A stretch of 64,000 nucleotides of DNA, from positions 480,001-544,000 of the forward strand of contig JAVJQW010000057.1 in assembly GCA_040218735.1 (NCBI GenBank). Direction: 5' to 3'. Under the pieces are notes generated by a model. The model worked only from the letters and a program-made list of their open reading frames with translations. It searched no databases and had not been told where the DNA came from. Position numbers and translations under genes: made by a program. The stretch comes from Deltaproteobacteria bacterium. Its GTDB lineage: Bacteria; Myxococcota; Kuafuiibacteriia; Kuafuiibacteriales; Kuafuiibacteriaceae. How positions within the stretch are numbered: the stretch's first letter is position 1; every line of letters starts with the position of its first letter. This document shows, piece after piece, positions 1-9,262 of this stretch.

Positions 1-435
1 GGACGCGTTGACGTTGCAGTCGAGCACGATGCGCTTCGGAACGGGCGCACCGACCGTGCGCGCAAGGCGCGCGACGAGCTCGTAGACCACGGGCTCCTCG
101 GTCGGGCTCAGCGCCCGCACGAACGGCGACTCGGGCCGCGCCGCGAGCAGCGGCTTGAGCATGAAGACGACCGCGATCCCGCCGAGCACGATCGGGCTGA
201 TGTAGACGAGGAGCCGCCCGCGCCCGCTCCCCGAGCCGCCCAGGATGTCGACGTTCGCGGTCGCGTGCCAGAACACCAGGTAGGCGACCCCGCCGACCAA
301 CGCGAGGTAGATCAGCGGCAGCACGATCATCGCGACGGCGTTGAGCGCGAGACCGAGCTGGTAGGTCAACGGGAGGCGGACGCGGTCGACGACGGCGTCC
401 TCGGGGAGGAGGAGCTCTCGGGGGGACGCGGACAT
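1..435 (-). CDS. M48-family (HtpX-like) membrane metallopeptidase, N-terminal part (runs off window)
   Basis: Manual translation from ATG at 435: two TM segments then EEPVVYELVARLARTVGAPVPKRIVLDCNVNAS, the typical M48 segment before the NA motif; HExxH would lie outside the window. Confidence 0.7.
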   Translation of the reverse strand, partial: MSASPRELLLPEDAVVDRVRLPLTYQLGLALNAVAMIVLPLIYLALVGGVAYLVFWHATANVDILGGSGSGRGRLLVYISPIVLGGIAVVFMLKPLLAARPESPFVRALSPTEEPVVYELVARLARTVGAPVPKRIVLDCNVNAS

Positions 436-531
436 TCGTCTGCGAAGACTTGCGCCAACGGGTGCGCCGAACAACTCGCCCAGAGATCAGGTCGCACGCG
501 ACGCGTCGCACGGCCGTGGATGGGCTGCCCC

Positions 532-573
532 AAAAACAAAACGGCCGGTCGCCCTTTCGAGGCAACCGGCCGT
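532..573 (-). terminator. Rho-independent terminator downstream of tRNA-Met
   Basis: ACGGCCGGT (541-549) / ACCGGCCGT (565-573) inverted repeat followed on the minus strand by TTTGTTTTT. Confidence 0.8.
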
Positions 574-584
574 AATGATTGGAG

Positions 585-658
<74 letters not shown>

Positions 659-672
659 ACAGGTGAGGCGGG

Positions 673-700
673 AGTCTATCCGGCCGCGCGCTCACGTCAA
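673..700 (-). promoter_or_regulatory. Sigma70-type promoter of tRNA-Met
   Basis: TTGACG-N16-TAGACT on minus strand about 15 nt upstream of the tRNA 5' end. Confidence 0.7.
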
Positions 701-703
701 CAA

Positions 704-1855
704 CTAATTCGGCGCCAATCGATCGATGAGCGCTGCGTCGATGCCGGCGGCCTCGAGGACCTCGCGGGTGTGCGCGCCGAGGGCGGGCGCCTCGGACAAC
801 GGCGCCGCCGCGGGGGCGACGTCGAGGGCCGCCGCGATGCGGATCGGGCTGCGCGAGGTCCCCGCGTTGGTGCGATGACCGCGCGCGACCGCGTGCGCGT
901 CCTCGTCCGCCTCCGCGAGCGTGAGCACCGGCTCCACACACGCTTCGACCTCGCGAAAGATCGCCGTCCACTCGGCCATCGTCTTCGTCTCGATCGTCGC
1001 CTGGATCTTCGCGCGGGCCTCGGCGCCGGAGGGGCCGACGTCCAAGCCGCTCCCGAGCAACGACTCCAAACCCGTCGCCGCGCAGAACGCCGACCAGAAC
1101 TTCGGCTCCAACGCACCGACCGCGAGCCACCGCGCGTCCTTCGTGCGGTAGACGCCGTAACAGGGGCGCGATCCGTCGAGCAGCTCCTGCCCGCGCACCA
1201 CGTCGGTGCCCGCGTGCGTGAGGCCGACCGACGCCGCCGTGAAGGCCGCGCCCGCCTCGACCAGCGACACGTCGACCACGCTGCCCTCCCCCGTCCGCTC
1301 ACGGCGATAGAGCGCCGCCAGGATGCCGGAGACTGCCGTCATCGCGCCGCCGATGTCTGCGACCTGCACCGCTGGCGGCACCACGGCGTCCGCCGTGCCG
1401 CACAGCTCGAGCGCACCGGAGCGCGCGAGGTAACCGAGGTCGTGACCCGCGCGCTGCGCGTCGGGGCCGTTCAAACCGAAGCCCGTGATCGCGCAATAGA
1501 TGAGCCGCGGGTTCTCGCGCATCAGCTCCGCCGGATCCAAGCCGAGCCGCGCCAACACCCCCGGTCGGAAGGTGTCGACCAGGACATCCGACGCGAGCGC
1601 GAGCCGACGCACCACCGCGACCGCCGCCTCGTCCTTCAGGTCGAGGGCGACGCTCCGCTTGCCTGCGTTGAGCTCTCGGAACAGGGCGCCCGTCGGCGGG
1701 TCGCCGACGAGCGGGGGATACCATCGGGCGTAATCTCCGCCCTTCGGGTCCTCGACCTTCACCACCTCCGCCCCCAGCTCAGCGAGCTGGCGCGTGGCGT
1801 ACGGGCCCGGCAGCAGCCGGCCGAGGTCGAGGACTCGAACGCCCGTGAGCGGCAT
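704..1855 (-). CDS. CaiB/BaiF family CoA-transferase / alpha-methylacyl-CoA racemase-like
   Basis: PLTGVRVLDLGRLLPGPYAT..LAELGAEVVKVE, NAGKRSVALDLK, GHDLGY, P.LGAHT C-terminus. Confidence 0.93.
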   Translation of the reverse strand: MPLTGVRVLDLGRLLPGPYATRQLAELGAEVVKVEDPKGGDYARWYPPLVGDPPTGALFRELNAGKRSVALDLKDEAAVAVVRRLALASDVLVDTFRPGVLARLGLDPAELMRENPRLIYCAITGFGLNGPDAQRAGHDLGYLARSGALELCGTADAVVPPAVQVADIGGAMTAVSGILAALYRRERTGEGSVVDVSLVEAGAAFTAASVGLTHAGTDVVRGQELLDGSRPCYGVYRTKDARWLAVGALEPKFWSAFCAATGLESLLGSGLDVGPSGAEARAKIQATIETKTMAEWTAIFREVEACVEPVLTLAEADEDAHAVARGHRTNAGTSRSPIRIAAALDVAPAAAPLSEAPALGAHTREVLEAAGIDAALIDRLAPN

Positions 1856-1859
1856 CGGC

Positions 1860-2192
1860 TCAGCCGAGGATCTGCTGCAGCTTGAGCGCGAGCGACATCT
1901 CGCCCTTGATCTTCAGCTTGCCCTGCATGAACGCCATCTGGCCGTTCAGCTTGCCCGCCACCAGGTCCACGAAGTCCGAAGCCGACATCGTGATCTTCAC
2001 ACCCGGCTCCTCGATCTCGCCCTGCGAGACCCAGTCGGCCTTCTTCGTCAGGTCGACGACGTACTGGCCGCCGCCGTCGCCGGTCAGGTCGAATTGATAG
2101 GAGTTGTTGATCTGCTCGGCGACTTCGGGCTTGGCCTGAAGGCGCTCGGGGATGTGCTTCTCGAAAACGTCCTGGACGGTGATGTCACTCAT
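1860..2192 (-). CDS. SCP2 sterol/lipid-binding domain protein
   Basis: YQFDLTGDGGGQYVVD...DFVDLVAGKLNGQMAFMQGKLKIKGEMSLALKL; start moved to ATG 2192 (MSDITVQ). Confidence 0.92.
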   Translation of the reverse strand: MSDITVQDVFEKHIPERLQAKPEVAEQINNSYQFDLTGDGGGQYVVDLTKKADWVSQGEIEEPGVKITMSASDFVDLVAGKLNGQMAFMQGKLKIKGEMSLALKLQQILG

Positions 2193-2221
2193 GGGCTTCT
2201 CTCGTTCCTTTCGATCGTCGA

Positions 2222-2241
2222 TTGATTGACTGTTCAATCAA
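2222..2241. promoter_or_regulatory. Palindromic operator (TetR-like repressor site candidate)
   Basis: Perfect AT-rich inverted repeat TTGATTGA-CTGT-TCAATCAA between divergent lipid-catabolism genes. Confidence 0.7.
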
Positions 2242-2248
2242 CGCGCGG

Positions 2249-2277
2249 AGCCTGCCCGACGTGCCGCGGAGTGTCAA
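2249..2277 (-). promoter_or_regulatory. Putative sigma70 promoter for SCP2-CoA-transferase operon
   Basis: TTGACA (2277-2272) N17 CAGGCT (2254-2249), just upstream of the palindrome. Confidence 0.5.
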
Positions 2278-2367
2278 TCGAATGCAGCCCCGGAAAGGTT
2301 TTCGGATTTCGGGTGTTTCCAGACTGTCCGATCGGCTACCGTGGTCGACGGCACGACGGAAAACGGC

Positions 2368-3300
2368 ATGAGCACCCCGATCCAGATCTACGAAGTCGGC
2401 CTCCGGGACGGCCTCCAGAACGAGGCCGCGTTCATCCCTACCCAAGACAAGATCCGCCTCGCGACCATGCTCGCCGACGCCGGCGAAAAGCGCATCGAGC
2501 TCACCTCGTTTGTGTCGCCCCGCTGGATCCCCCAACTCGCCGACCACGCCGCCGTCGCCTCCGAGACCCCGCGCCGGCCCGGCGTTCACTACTCGGCCCT
2601 CGTCCCCAACCTCCGCGGCCTCGAAGGCGCCCGCGCCGCCCAGCTCGAGGAGATCGCGATCTTCATGAGCGCTTCCGAGGCGCACTCGAAGAAGAACATC
2701 AACAAGTCGGTCGACGAAGCCCTGGAAGTCCTCGCGGGCGTCGCCGAAGCCGCCCTCGCCGACGGGATGCGCGTCCGCGGCTACCTCTCGACCGTGTTCG
2801 GCTGCCCGTACGAAGGCCACGTCGATCCCGGCCGCGTCCGCGTGCTCGTGCAGCGCCTCCTCGACATGGGCGTCTACGAAGTCAGCCTCGGCGACACCAT
2901 CGGCGTCGGCCACCCCGGCCAGGTCCGCGACCTCGCGAAGATGATCGAAGAAGACGGCGCCCTCGACCGCGTCGCGCTCCACATGCACGACACCCGCGGC
3001 ACCGCGCTCGCCAACGTCCTCGCCGGCCTCGACGCCGGCGTCACGACCTTCGACGCCGCCTTCGGCGGGCTCGGCGGCTGCCCGTACGCCCCCGGCGCGT
3101 CCGGCAACCTCGCGACCGAGGACCTCGTCTACATGCTCGAAGGCATGGGCTACGACACCGGCATCGACATGGACCGTCTCGTCGAAGCGAGCCTGTACAT
3201 CAGCGACCTCGTCGGGCGCAGCCTCCCCTCGCGCATGCTGCAGTCCGAGATCGGACGCCGCGCCAAGGCCACCGAACGCGCCGAACGCAAGCGCGGTTGA
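2368..3300 (+). CDS. Hydroxymethylglutaryl-CoA lyase
   Basis: EVGLRDGLQNE, SFVSPRWIPQLAD, LHMHDTRG, GGLGGCPYAPGASGNLATED. Confidence 0.95.
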   Translation: MSTPIQIYEVGLRDGLQNEAAFIPTQDKIRLATMLADAGEKRIELTSFVSPRWIPQLADHAAVASETPRRPGVHYSALVPNLRGLEGARAAQLEEIAIFMSASEAHSKKNINKSVDEALEVLAGVAEAALADGMRVRGYLSTVFGCPYEGHVDPGRVRVLVQRLLDMGVYEVSLGDTIGVGHPGQVRDLAKMIEEDGALDRVALHMHDTRGTALANVLAGLDAGVTTFDAAFGGLGGCPYAPGASGNLATEDLVYMLEGMGYDTGIDMDRLVEASLYISDLVGRSLPSRMLQSEIGRRAKATERAERKRG

Positions 3301-3315
3301 CGCTCGGTTCGCCCC

Positions 3316-4530
3316 CTACACCAAGGCCCCACGCAACCTAAGGGGTCGCGTCGGATAGCGATCCCCGTCCGGCGCGTACGCACGCTCGCGCGCGATGATC
3401 GGCTGATCCCAACCCGGGTCCGACACGACCGTGTTCCCGCTCGGCCGCGTCGTGACTTCGAGCCACCCCGTCGCCGCCATTCGAAGCTGGCGCAGACGCC
3501 GCTCCGGATCCGATGCCCGCGCGTGCCGGTGCACCCCACCCAGGATCGCGACGACGTCCAACCCCAGCGAAGGCCCGAACGGCGCGAGGAGCGCAGCCAT
3601 CGTCGTCGCATGTTTGTGGCTGGTCGCGGCGCCCTTCACCGCCATTCGGCCCACGTCGGAAGCCATGTAGCGACCCGGCTCGCGGAACGCCGCACCCGTC
3701 GGGCGCTTCACGTCGAGCACGCTGTACACCGCACGCACCGCGTCGTGCTGAATCGCCTCCGTCGACGCCGACGACGCTCGCTTGCCCAGGACTTGATGCC
3801 AACGGCCGCCCGACGCCATGCCCGTGTCGCGGCGAAAGTCGAGGCGCGCCGCGTGGGGAGCAACGGCGAGCGCCGCCTCGCAGACCTTCGCCTTGAGGAG
3901 CGGGTCGTCGAAGTCCGCGCGCATCCAGTGGTGGCGTCCGTCCGCGACCACTTCGGGATCGTTGAGCTCATGAACCGACGCCTTGTCGACCTCGAGCGGC
4001 GCGTCGCGACCATCGACCGCGACGAGGTACGCGTCGTCCTTCGCGCCAACGATCGTGGCTCGGAAGGTCACGCCGACCGGGCCCTTCCGATCGTACGCGT
4101 ACGCGTTGGCGTCGCCCTTCTCGGGGACGACGATGTTCGTCGCGATGCGAACCTGGCGCCCGACGGGGTACCGGGGCGACGCCTGCATCGCGTCGTTCCC
4201 GCGCGGCGCCGCCGTCCACAGCCCCGCCGCCACGAAGTCCTCGGCGCGCGCCGTGGCGTCGAAGCTGGGTAGGCGATCGAAGAGCGCCAACGCGGTCGCC
4301 TTCAGCTCCGGGTCACCGACCCCGATCGCCGCGTCGTAGTACGCCTGCAGCCGGTCCGACTCGACGACACGGACGAAGTCCGCGACCGCGCGACGCGCCT
4401 CGTTCTCGGGCACCTCGACGGGCGCAGCGGTCCGGGGCTCGACGGCCTGGCGAACCGACGTCGTGACTTCGGCGATCTTCGGTAGGAGCGCAGCGGCTCC
4501 GCGGGCGAGACGATTCGTGGTGGGCTGCAT
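3316..4530 (-). CDS. Hypothetical protein (404 aa)
   Basis: Long ORF with typical GC3-rich codon use; no recognised motif. Confidence 0.7.
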   Translation of the reverse strand: MQPTTNRLARGAAALLPKIAEVTTSVRQAVEPRTAAPVEVPENEARRAVADFVRVVESDRLQAYYDAAIGVGDPELKATALALFDRLPSFDATARAEDFVAAGLWTAAPRGNDAMQASPRYPVGRQVRIATNIVVPEKGDANAYAYDRKGPVGVTFRATIVGAKDDAYLVAVDGRDAPLEVDKASVHELNDPEVVADGRHHWMRADFDDPLLKAKVCEAALAVAPHAARLDFRRDTGMASGGRWHQVLGKRASSASTEAIQHDAVRAVYSVLDVKRPTGAAFREPGRYMASDVGRMAVKGAATSHKHATTMAALLAPFGPSLGLDVVAILGGVHRHARASDPERRLRQLRMAATGWLEVTTRPSGNTVVSDPGWDQPIIARERAYAPDGDRYPTRPLRLRGALV

Positions 4531-4583
4531 GGCGGGTAGGTTTTCGGCCTACCCGACGGATCCATCGCTGACGATGGCTGAAA

Positions 4584-5282
4584 TCAGCTGTACTGCGTGC
4601 TCTCGCCGCGCTCGCGCGCCTCGGCGTTCACCTTCTTGGTGAAGTCGTTCACGGCGGCCCACAGCTCGGGCAACAGGTGCTCGCGCATCCCGTGGACGAG
4701 CTGCTCGGCGGGGACGCCCTTGAGGGAGTCGACGAACCCACCGATCTGCCGCTCGACCATCCTAAAGTGAACGAAGCGCCAGGTGCGGAAGTTCTGATCG
4801 AGCTCGTAGAGCGATCGATACAGCACGTGCAGGTCGTAGTGTTTCTCGGGTTCGTCGAGGACCTCGACGATCGACACGCCGCGCCGCTCGATGAGCGCCT
4901 TCACGGACGGCCAGATCATCTCGCCCATCTTCAAGAGCGCGTTGAAGCCCGGTGATTCCTGCCCGCTCCCGCGACCGAGCGTGCGACGGATGTGCACGTA
5001 CTGCTTCGGCGGCATCCGCTCGAGGATCGCGAGCTGCTTCGTCAGGTGCTCTTCGATGATACCGACGCGCGTGAACAGGTCCGCGGCCTCGGCGAGCTCG
5101 TCCGCCTCGACGTGTTTCACCGCCCCGCGGACGTCGTGCAAGGCAACTTGCATCCAGAGCTCCGCCGTCTGGTGCGTGACCTGGAAGATGAGCTCGTCGT
5201 GTGCGGCGAGGTTGTCGACCGGCCGGAGCTGCTCGAACAGCTCGTTCGTTCGAATGTAACGCTCGTACTCGGTATCGCCCAT
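4584..5282 (-). CDS. Tryptophan 2,3-dioxygenase family heme protein
   Basis: YERYIRT..L, HDELIFQVTHQTAELW, GSGQESPGF, WRFVHFRMVERQIG, PELW. Confidence 0.88.
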   Translation of the reverse strand: MGDTEYERYIRTNELFEQLRPVDNLAAHDELIFQVTHQTAELWMQVALHDVRGAVKHVEADELAEAADLFTRVGIIEEHLTKQLAILERMPPKQYVHIRRTLGRGSGQESPGFNALLKMGEMIWPSVKALIERRGVSIVEVLDEPEKHYDLHVLYRSLYELDQNFRTWRFVHFRMVERQIGGFVDSLKGVPAEQLVHGMREHLLPELWAAVNDFTKKVNAEARERGESTQYS

Positions 5283-5285
5283 GAC

Positions 5286-6299
5286 TCAGACCTGCTTGAC
5301 GCCGTTGATGATCGCCCGGACGTCGTTGATGAGCCCGAACGCGGCGTCGTCCAGGCCGGACGTCTTCTGAAGGAGCGTGAAGGAGTGGCCGACGTCGGTG
5401 TCGATGATGACGCCCCCCTGCGGTCCCTTCAGCGAGAACAGCGGGTCGCCGGATTCGAGGGCGATCGGCTCGACGCTCGCGCGCACGTTGCCGTCGCTGC
5501 TGCGCTCGATCTCCGCGACGAGCTTGTAACGCGCGCCGCCCTCGGCGGCTTCGCGGATGCGGTCGTCCTTCATCGTCTCGCACCCGGTGCGCGCGACGTC
5601 GACGACCCGGAGCGCGCCGCCCATCCAGACGTTGGCGAGGAGCGCCGCCTTGCTCGCGGCGTCCCAGCCGTCGAGGTCGAGCACGCTGTCCGCCTCCGCG
5701 ATGCCCTGCGCCTGAGCGCGAGCGAGACCGCGCGAGCGCGTCGATCCGAGCGCCACGGACTCCAGCACCACGGAGGACGTCCCGTTGAGGACGCCGCGGA
5801 CGCGGGTGACGTTCACGTCCTCGAGCGCCTTCACGAACTGGAATATCGGGAGGCCGTCGAGCGTCGTGGCCTCGAAGCGGAACTGCGCCCCGGACTTCGC
5901 GGCGCGGTGGAGGAGGTCGCGGTACCCCAGGACGATCGGCGCCTTGTTGGAGGTGACGACGTGGACGCCGCGATCGAGCGCCGCCCGGTGGAACGCGAGG
6001 GCCGGGTCACCGCTTCGGATGTTCTGGGGGATGCACTCGATGAGGACCTGGGCGTCGGACATCTCGATGAGCTTCTCGACGTCGTCCGGGCCGTCCGCAC
6101 CCAACCCCTGGGTCTCGACGAGGTCCACGGCGGTCTCGGCGTCGATGCCGCGGGGGTCGATCGTGCGGCCGTGGTGGGCGGTGACGATCCCGACGAGCTC
6201 GATGGGCCCGCCCCGGTCGCGGAGTCGCCGCAGGAAGGCGCGGCCGAGCGAGCCGGCGCCGACGAGCAGGGTGCGAAGACGCTTGGGGTCCGAGGTCAC
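5286..6299 (-). CDS. Homoserine dehydrogenase (no ACT domain)
   Basis: GAGSLG Rossmann motif, HVVTSNKAP, FEATTLDGLP, GVLNGTS, GIAEAD..LDLDGWDAASK; start at GTG 6299. Confidence 0.88.
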   Translation of the reverse strand: MTSDPKRLRTLLVGAGSLGRAFLRRLRDRGGPIELVGIVTAHHGRTIDPRGIDAETAVDLVETQGLGADGPDDVEKLIEMSDAQVLIECIPQNIRSGDPALAFHRAALDRGVHVVTSNKAPIVLGYRDLLHRAAKSGAQFRFEATTLDGLPIFQFVKALEDVNVTRVRGVLNGTSSVVLESVALGSTRSRGLARAQAQGIAEADSVLDLDGWDAASKAALLANVWMGGALRVVDVARTGCETMKDDRIREAAEGGARYKLVAEIERSSDGNVRASVEPIALESGDPLFSLKGPQGGVIIDTDVGHSFTLLQKTSGLDDAAFGLINDVRAIINGVKQV

Positions 6300-6454
6300 G
6301 GGGTGGAGTCCTACCACAAGGCGTGGCCGCGGGGAGGCGGGATCCGCAGGGGCGCGTGATTTGGCACGATCGGGTACACCCCGGCGCGAGGCCTGCGGTA
6401 ACTTGACCCGACGCACACGCGTAGCCGACGCACGAACAAGGAGCGAATGAACCG

Positions 6455-7051
6455 ATGAACACCCGCACCGTGACCGCACTCTTCTCCGCAGCCAGCCTCG
6501 TCGCACTCGCGGCGGGCGCGACCGCCTGCAAGGAAGCCGCCGCAAAGACGCAAGGCGTCGGCGACAACCTCCGCGCGTTCGTCATCAAGAATTGCGAAGA
6601 CGGCAAACGTTACTGCCAGGTCTGCGCGTACGGCGGCCGCCCGACGCTCATGACCATCGCAGACCTCGACGACGACGGCGTCGAGAAGGACCTCCAGGAG
6701 ATGGAGAAGCTCCTCGCCGCGAACAAGGACAAAGGACTCACCGCGTTTGCGCTCTTTGGTCACATGAAGACCGGTAAGTTCGTCGCGGTCTCGGACGACG
6801 ACGCGGCGACGAAGAAACTCGCAGAGATGAAGAAGCGCCTCGGCCTCTCGTTCCCGCTCACGATCGTCCCGAGCCAACTCACCGAGAAGGAGCAGAAGAG
6901 CTACATGCCCTTCGACGCGCAGTACGCCGTCGGCAAGAGCCGTACGCTCTTCGCCGCCGCGAGTGACAACGAGGTGTTCTACGCCGACGTCATGACCGGT
7001 GACGCGAAGCAGTACGAGAAGCTCGCCGCGAAGCTGAAGGAGAAGCTCTGA
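6455..7051 (+). CDS. Exported (lipo)protein with CxxC motif, possible thioredoxin-like fold
   Basis: Hydrophobic signal ending ATAC; RYCQVCAYGGRP; RBS AAGGAG upstream. Confidence 0.7.
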   Translation: MNTRTVTALFSAASLVALAAGATACKEAAAKTQGVGDNLRAFVIKNCEDGKRYCQVCAYGGRPTLMTIADLDDDGVEKDLQEMEKLLAANKDKGLTAFALFGHMKTGKFVAVSDDDAATKKLAEMKKRLGLSFPLTIVPSQLTEKEQKSYMPFDAQYAVGKSRTLFAAASDNEVFYADVMTGDAKQYEKLAAKLKEKL

Positions 7052-7560
7052 TCCGCTACGCCCCCCTCCTCCTGCTCCTCGGCTGCAAGGCTCCGGCGGC
7101 GGAACCCACGCCGCGCGCGATCGTCGCGTCCGAGTTCCCCGAGTGGCAGGCGATGCTCACGCAGATGGAGGTCACCAACCTCGACGGCGAGGACCCACGC
7201 CTCGTCGTCGACGCCATCCCGCGCGGGCGCTACGTGATCGTCACGATGTGGGCGACCTACTGCCCGCCGTGCGTCGACGAGCTGTCGATGTTCCAGAAGG
7301 TGCACCGCGACGGGCACGCGATCCTCGGCGTGTCCTTCGACGCCGCCGACGAACGCGACGACGTGAAGGCGCTCCTCGCGAAGAAGGGCGCGACCTTCCC
7401 GCAGGTCATCGTCACCGCCGACGCGATGAAACGCGCGGGCCGGCTCCTCGAAGGCGGCCTCCCGTTTGCCGTGGTCGTCGACGAGACGGGCGCGATCGTC
7501 CGCACGCACACCGGCAAGATGTCCGAGCCCTGGGCACGCGCCGCGCTCGCCGGTGAGTGA
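7048..7560 (+). CDS. TlpA/ResA-like thiol-disulfide oxidoreductase, probable lipoprotein
   Basis: MWATYCPPCVDEL, ILGVSFD, GLPFAVVVD; in-frame signal IRYAPLLLLLGC upstream of ATG 7153 suggests CTG start at 7048. Confidence 0.85.
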   Translation: MIRYAPLLLLLGCKAPAAEPTPRAIVASEFPEWQAMLTQMEVTNLDGEDPRLVVDAIPRGRYVIVTMWATYCPPCVDELSMFQKVHRDGHAILGVSFDAADERDDVKALLAKKGATFPQVIVTADAMKRAGRLLEGGLPFAVVVDETGAIVRTHTGKMSEPWARAALAGE

Positions 7561-7578
7561 TGTGTTAGACCAGGCGCC

Positions 7579-8331
7579 GTGGTCGCCTACGCTCCGCCCG
7601 ACGCGGCGCTCGTCGCCATCGGCGCCGTCCTGCACGCCGAGCCGCTGATCGCCGCGGCCGACCGTGTCGTGCCGATGATCGAGAAGGACCTGGCGCGCCT
7701 CGAGCACTTCGGGATCGACCAAGAGGAGCTCGAGAACCTTCAGCAGCGGCTCCGCGAGCTGAAGAACATGCTGAAGGACAAACGCATCGCGAAGAACGAC
7801 ACGCCGCTGCAGATGGACGGCGTCATGGACGCGCTCGCGCAGGCGCGCGCGTGGATGCGGACGATGCGCGAGATCGCGGCGATCAACCTGACCGGCGACA
7901 CCCCCTCGCTCTACCGAATCTCGAGCCCCGAGCCGGACCTCGCGGAGATCACGCCGCGTGACGTGCTCGAGGAGCTGCGCCGGATCGTGAAGGCGGCGAA
8001 CGAGATGCGCCCGCGCCTGGAGGAGGTCGGGCTCGACGCGCACTTCTTGGGACGGGGGCGCAAGCTCGTCGCGCAGCTCGACACCGCGCTCGGCAAGAAG
8101 GACGTCGACGGCGCCGACCTCGCGGTGATGGTGCGGCGGTTCTACATGCGCAAGGCGCAGGTCTTCCTGATGCTGAAGCGCGGGACCCGCGCGGCGCGGG
8201 TGTGTTTCGCGCTCTTCGAGAAGCGGCGTGCGATGTATCACCTCGACGAGGTCGAGACGCCGAAGGTGGAGCCGGCGCGGCGCGCCGTGCGTCCCAAGAA
8301 ACCTCAGTCCTCGGCGTCGGCGAACAGCTGA
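7579..8331 (+). CDS. Hypothetical alpha-helical protein
   Basis: 250-aa ORF, coding-like codon use, follows the TlpA gene. Confidence 0.7.
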   Translation: MVAYAPPDAALVAIGAVLHAEPLIAAADRVVPMIEKDLARLEHFGIDQEELENLQQRLRELKNMLKDKRIAKNDTPLQMDGVMDALAQARAWMRTMREIAAINLTGDTPSLYRISSPEPDLAEITPRDVLEELRRIVKAANEMRPRLEEVGLDAHFLGRGRKLVAQLDTALGKKDVDGADLAVMVRRFYMRKAQVFLMLKRGTRAARVCFALFEKRRAMYHLDEVETPKVEPARRAVRPKKPQSSASANS

Positions 8332-8516
8332 AGCTGCTTGCTCTCGAACAGGTTCATCTGACCGGGGAGCAGCTCGGCGTGGGCGGCGAGGACCTGGTCG
8401 ACGCCGTCGCGAATGTATGCGGCCACCGGGACGCCCGTCCGCACGGACAGCGCCTTGAGGAGGCGGTCCTGCTCGGCTTCGAGGTAGACCGTCGTGGTGA
8501 CCTTTCGTCGACCCAC
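8304..8516 (-). CDS. Ribbon-helix-helix DNA-binding protein
   Basis: RRKVTTTVYLEAEQDRLLKALSVRTGVPVAAYIRDGVDQVL: beta-strand plus two helices. Confidence 0.8.
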   Translation of the reverse strand: MGRRKVTTTVYLEAEQDRLLKALSVRTGVPVAAYIRDGVDQVLAAHAELLPGQMNLFESKQLQLFADAED

Positions 8517-8627
8517 GGCATCAATCTACCGATCCGCGGTCGAGTTTGCGAAAACGTGACCGATGTTGGACGTGGGGGCCTCGTCTTGACGCCTGTGGGC
8601 GCCAGGGGGATGCTCCCGAGAAGTCCC

Positions 8628-9260
8628 ATGGATAGCCGAATCCTCGTGATGACGACCCTCTCCTTCGCCCTGGTGACCGCCTGCGGCGGCAAGAAGAAGA
8701 GCGGTGACGTGAAGCAACCCACCGCCGCCGCACCCGCGGCCGCTGCAAACGGCCCCAAGAGCCCGCAGCCCGGCGGCACCACCGGCGCGACCGACGACGT
8801 CCGGACCTCGGACCTCGACAACGACGGTCGCCCCGAGGTCACGAAGTACTACAAGACGATCGACGACCCGGAGCGCCCCGGCCAGAAGAAGACGATCCTC
8901 GTCCGTCAGGACATCGACCTGACCTGGGACGGCAAGGTCGATATCTGGCGCTACTTCGACGACAACGGCATGGCCGAAAAGGAAGAGTGGGACACGGACT
9001 ACGACGGCAAGATCGACGAGACCCGCTTCTTCGAGGGCGGCGTCATCGTGCGCTCCGAGCGCGACCGCAACAACGACGGCCGCCCGGACGTCATGCGCTA
9101 CTACAAGGAAGGCAAGCTCGAGCGGAAGGAAACCGACACCAACGGTGATGGTCAGGTCGACCGCTGGGAGTACTTCCAGGGCCGCGTGCTCGACCGCGTC
9201 GGCGTCGACCGCGACCACGACGGCAGCGTCGACTCCTGGGCCAAAGCCGACGGCGCCTGA
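8628..9260 (+). CDS. Lipoprotein with tandem Dx[DN]xDG Ca-binding-type repeats
   Basis: Lipobox LVTAC; DLDNDGRPE, DLTWDGKVD, DTDYDGKID, DRNNDGRPD, DTNGDGQVD, DRDHDGSVD. Confidence 0.85.
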   Translation: MDSRILVMTTLSFALVTACGGKKKSGDVKQPTAAAPAAAANGPKSPQPGGTTGATDDVRTSDLDNDGRPEVTKYYKTIDDPERPGQKKTILVRQDIDLTWDGKVDIWRYFDDNGMAEKEEWDTDYDGKIDETRFFEGGVIVRSERDRNNDGRPDVMRYYKEGKLERKETDTNGDGQVDRWEYFQGRVLDRVGVDRDHDGSVDSWAKADGA

Positions 9261-9262
9261 GT

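Noticed and set aside
6361-6378. Sigma54-like TTGGCACG upstream of 6455
   Set aside because: The -12 GC is missing at GG-N10 spacing (TA instead)
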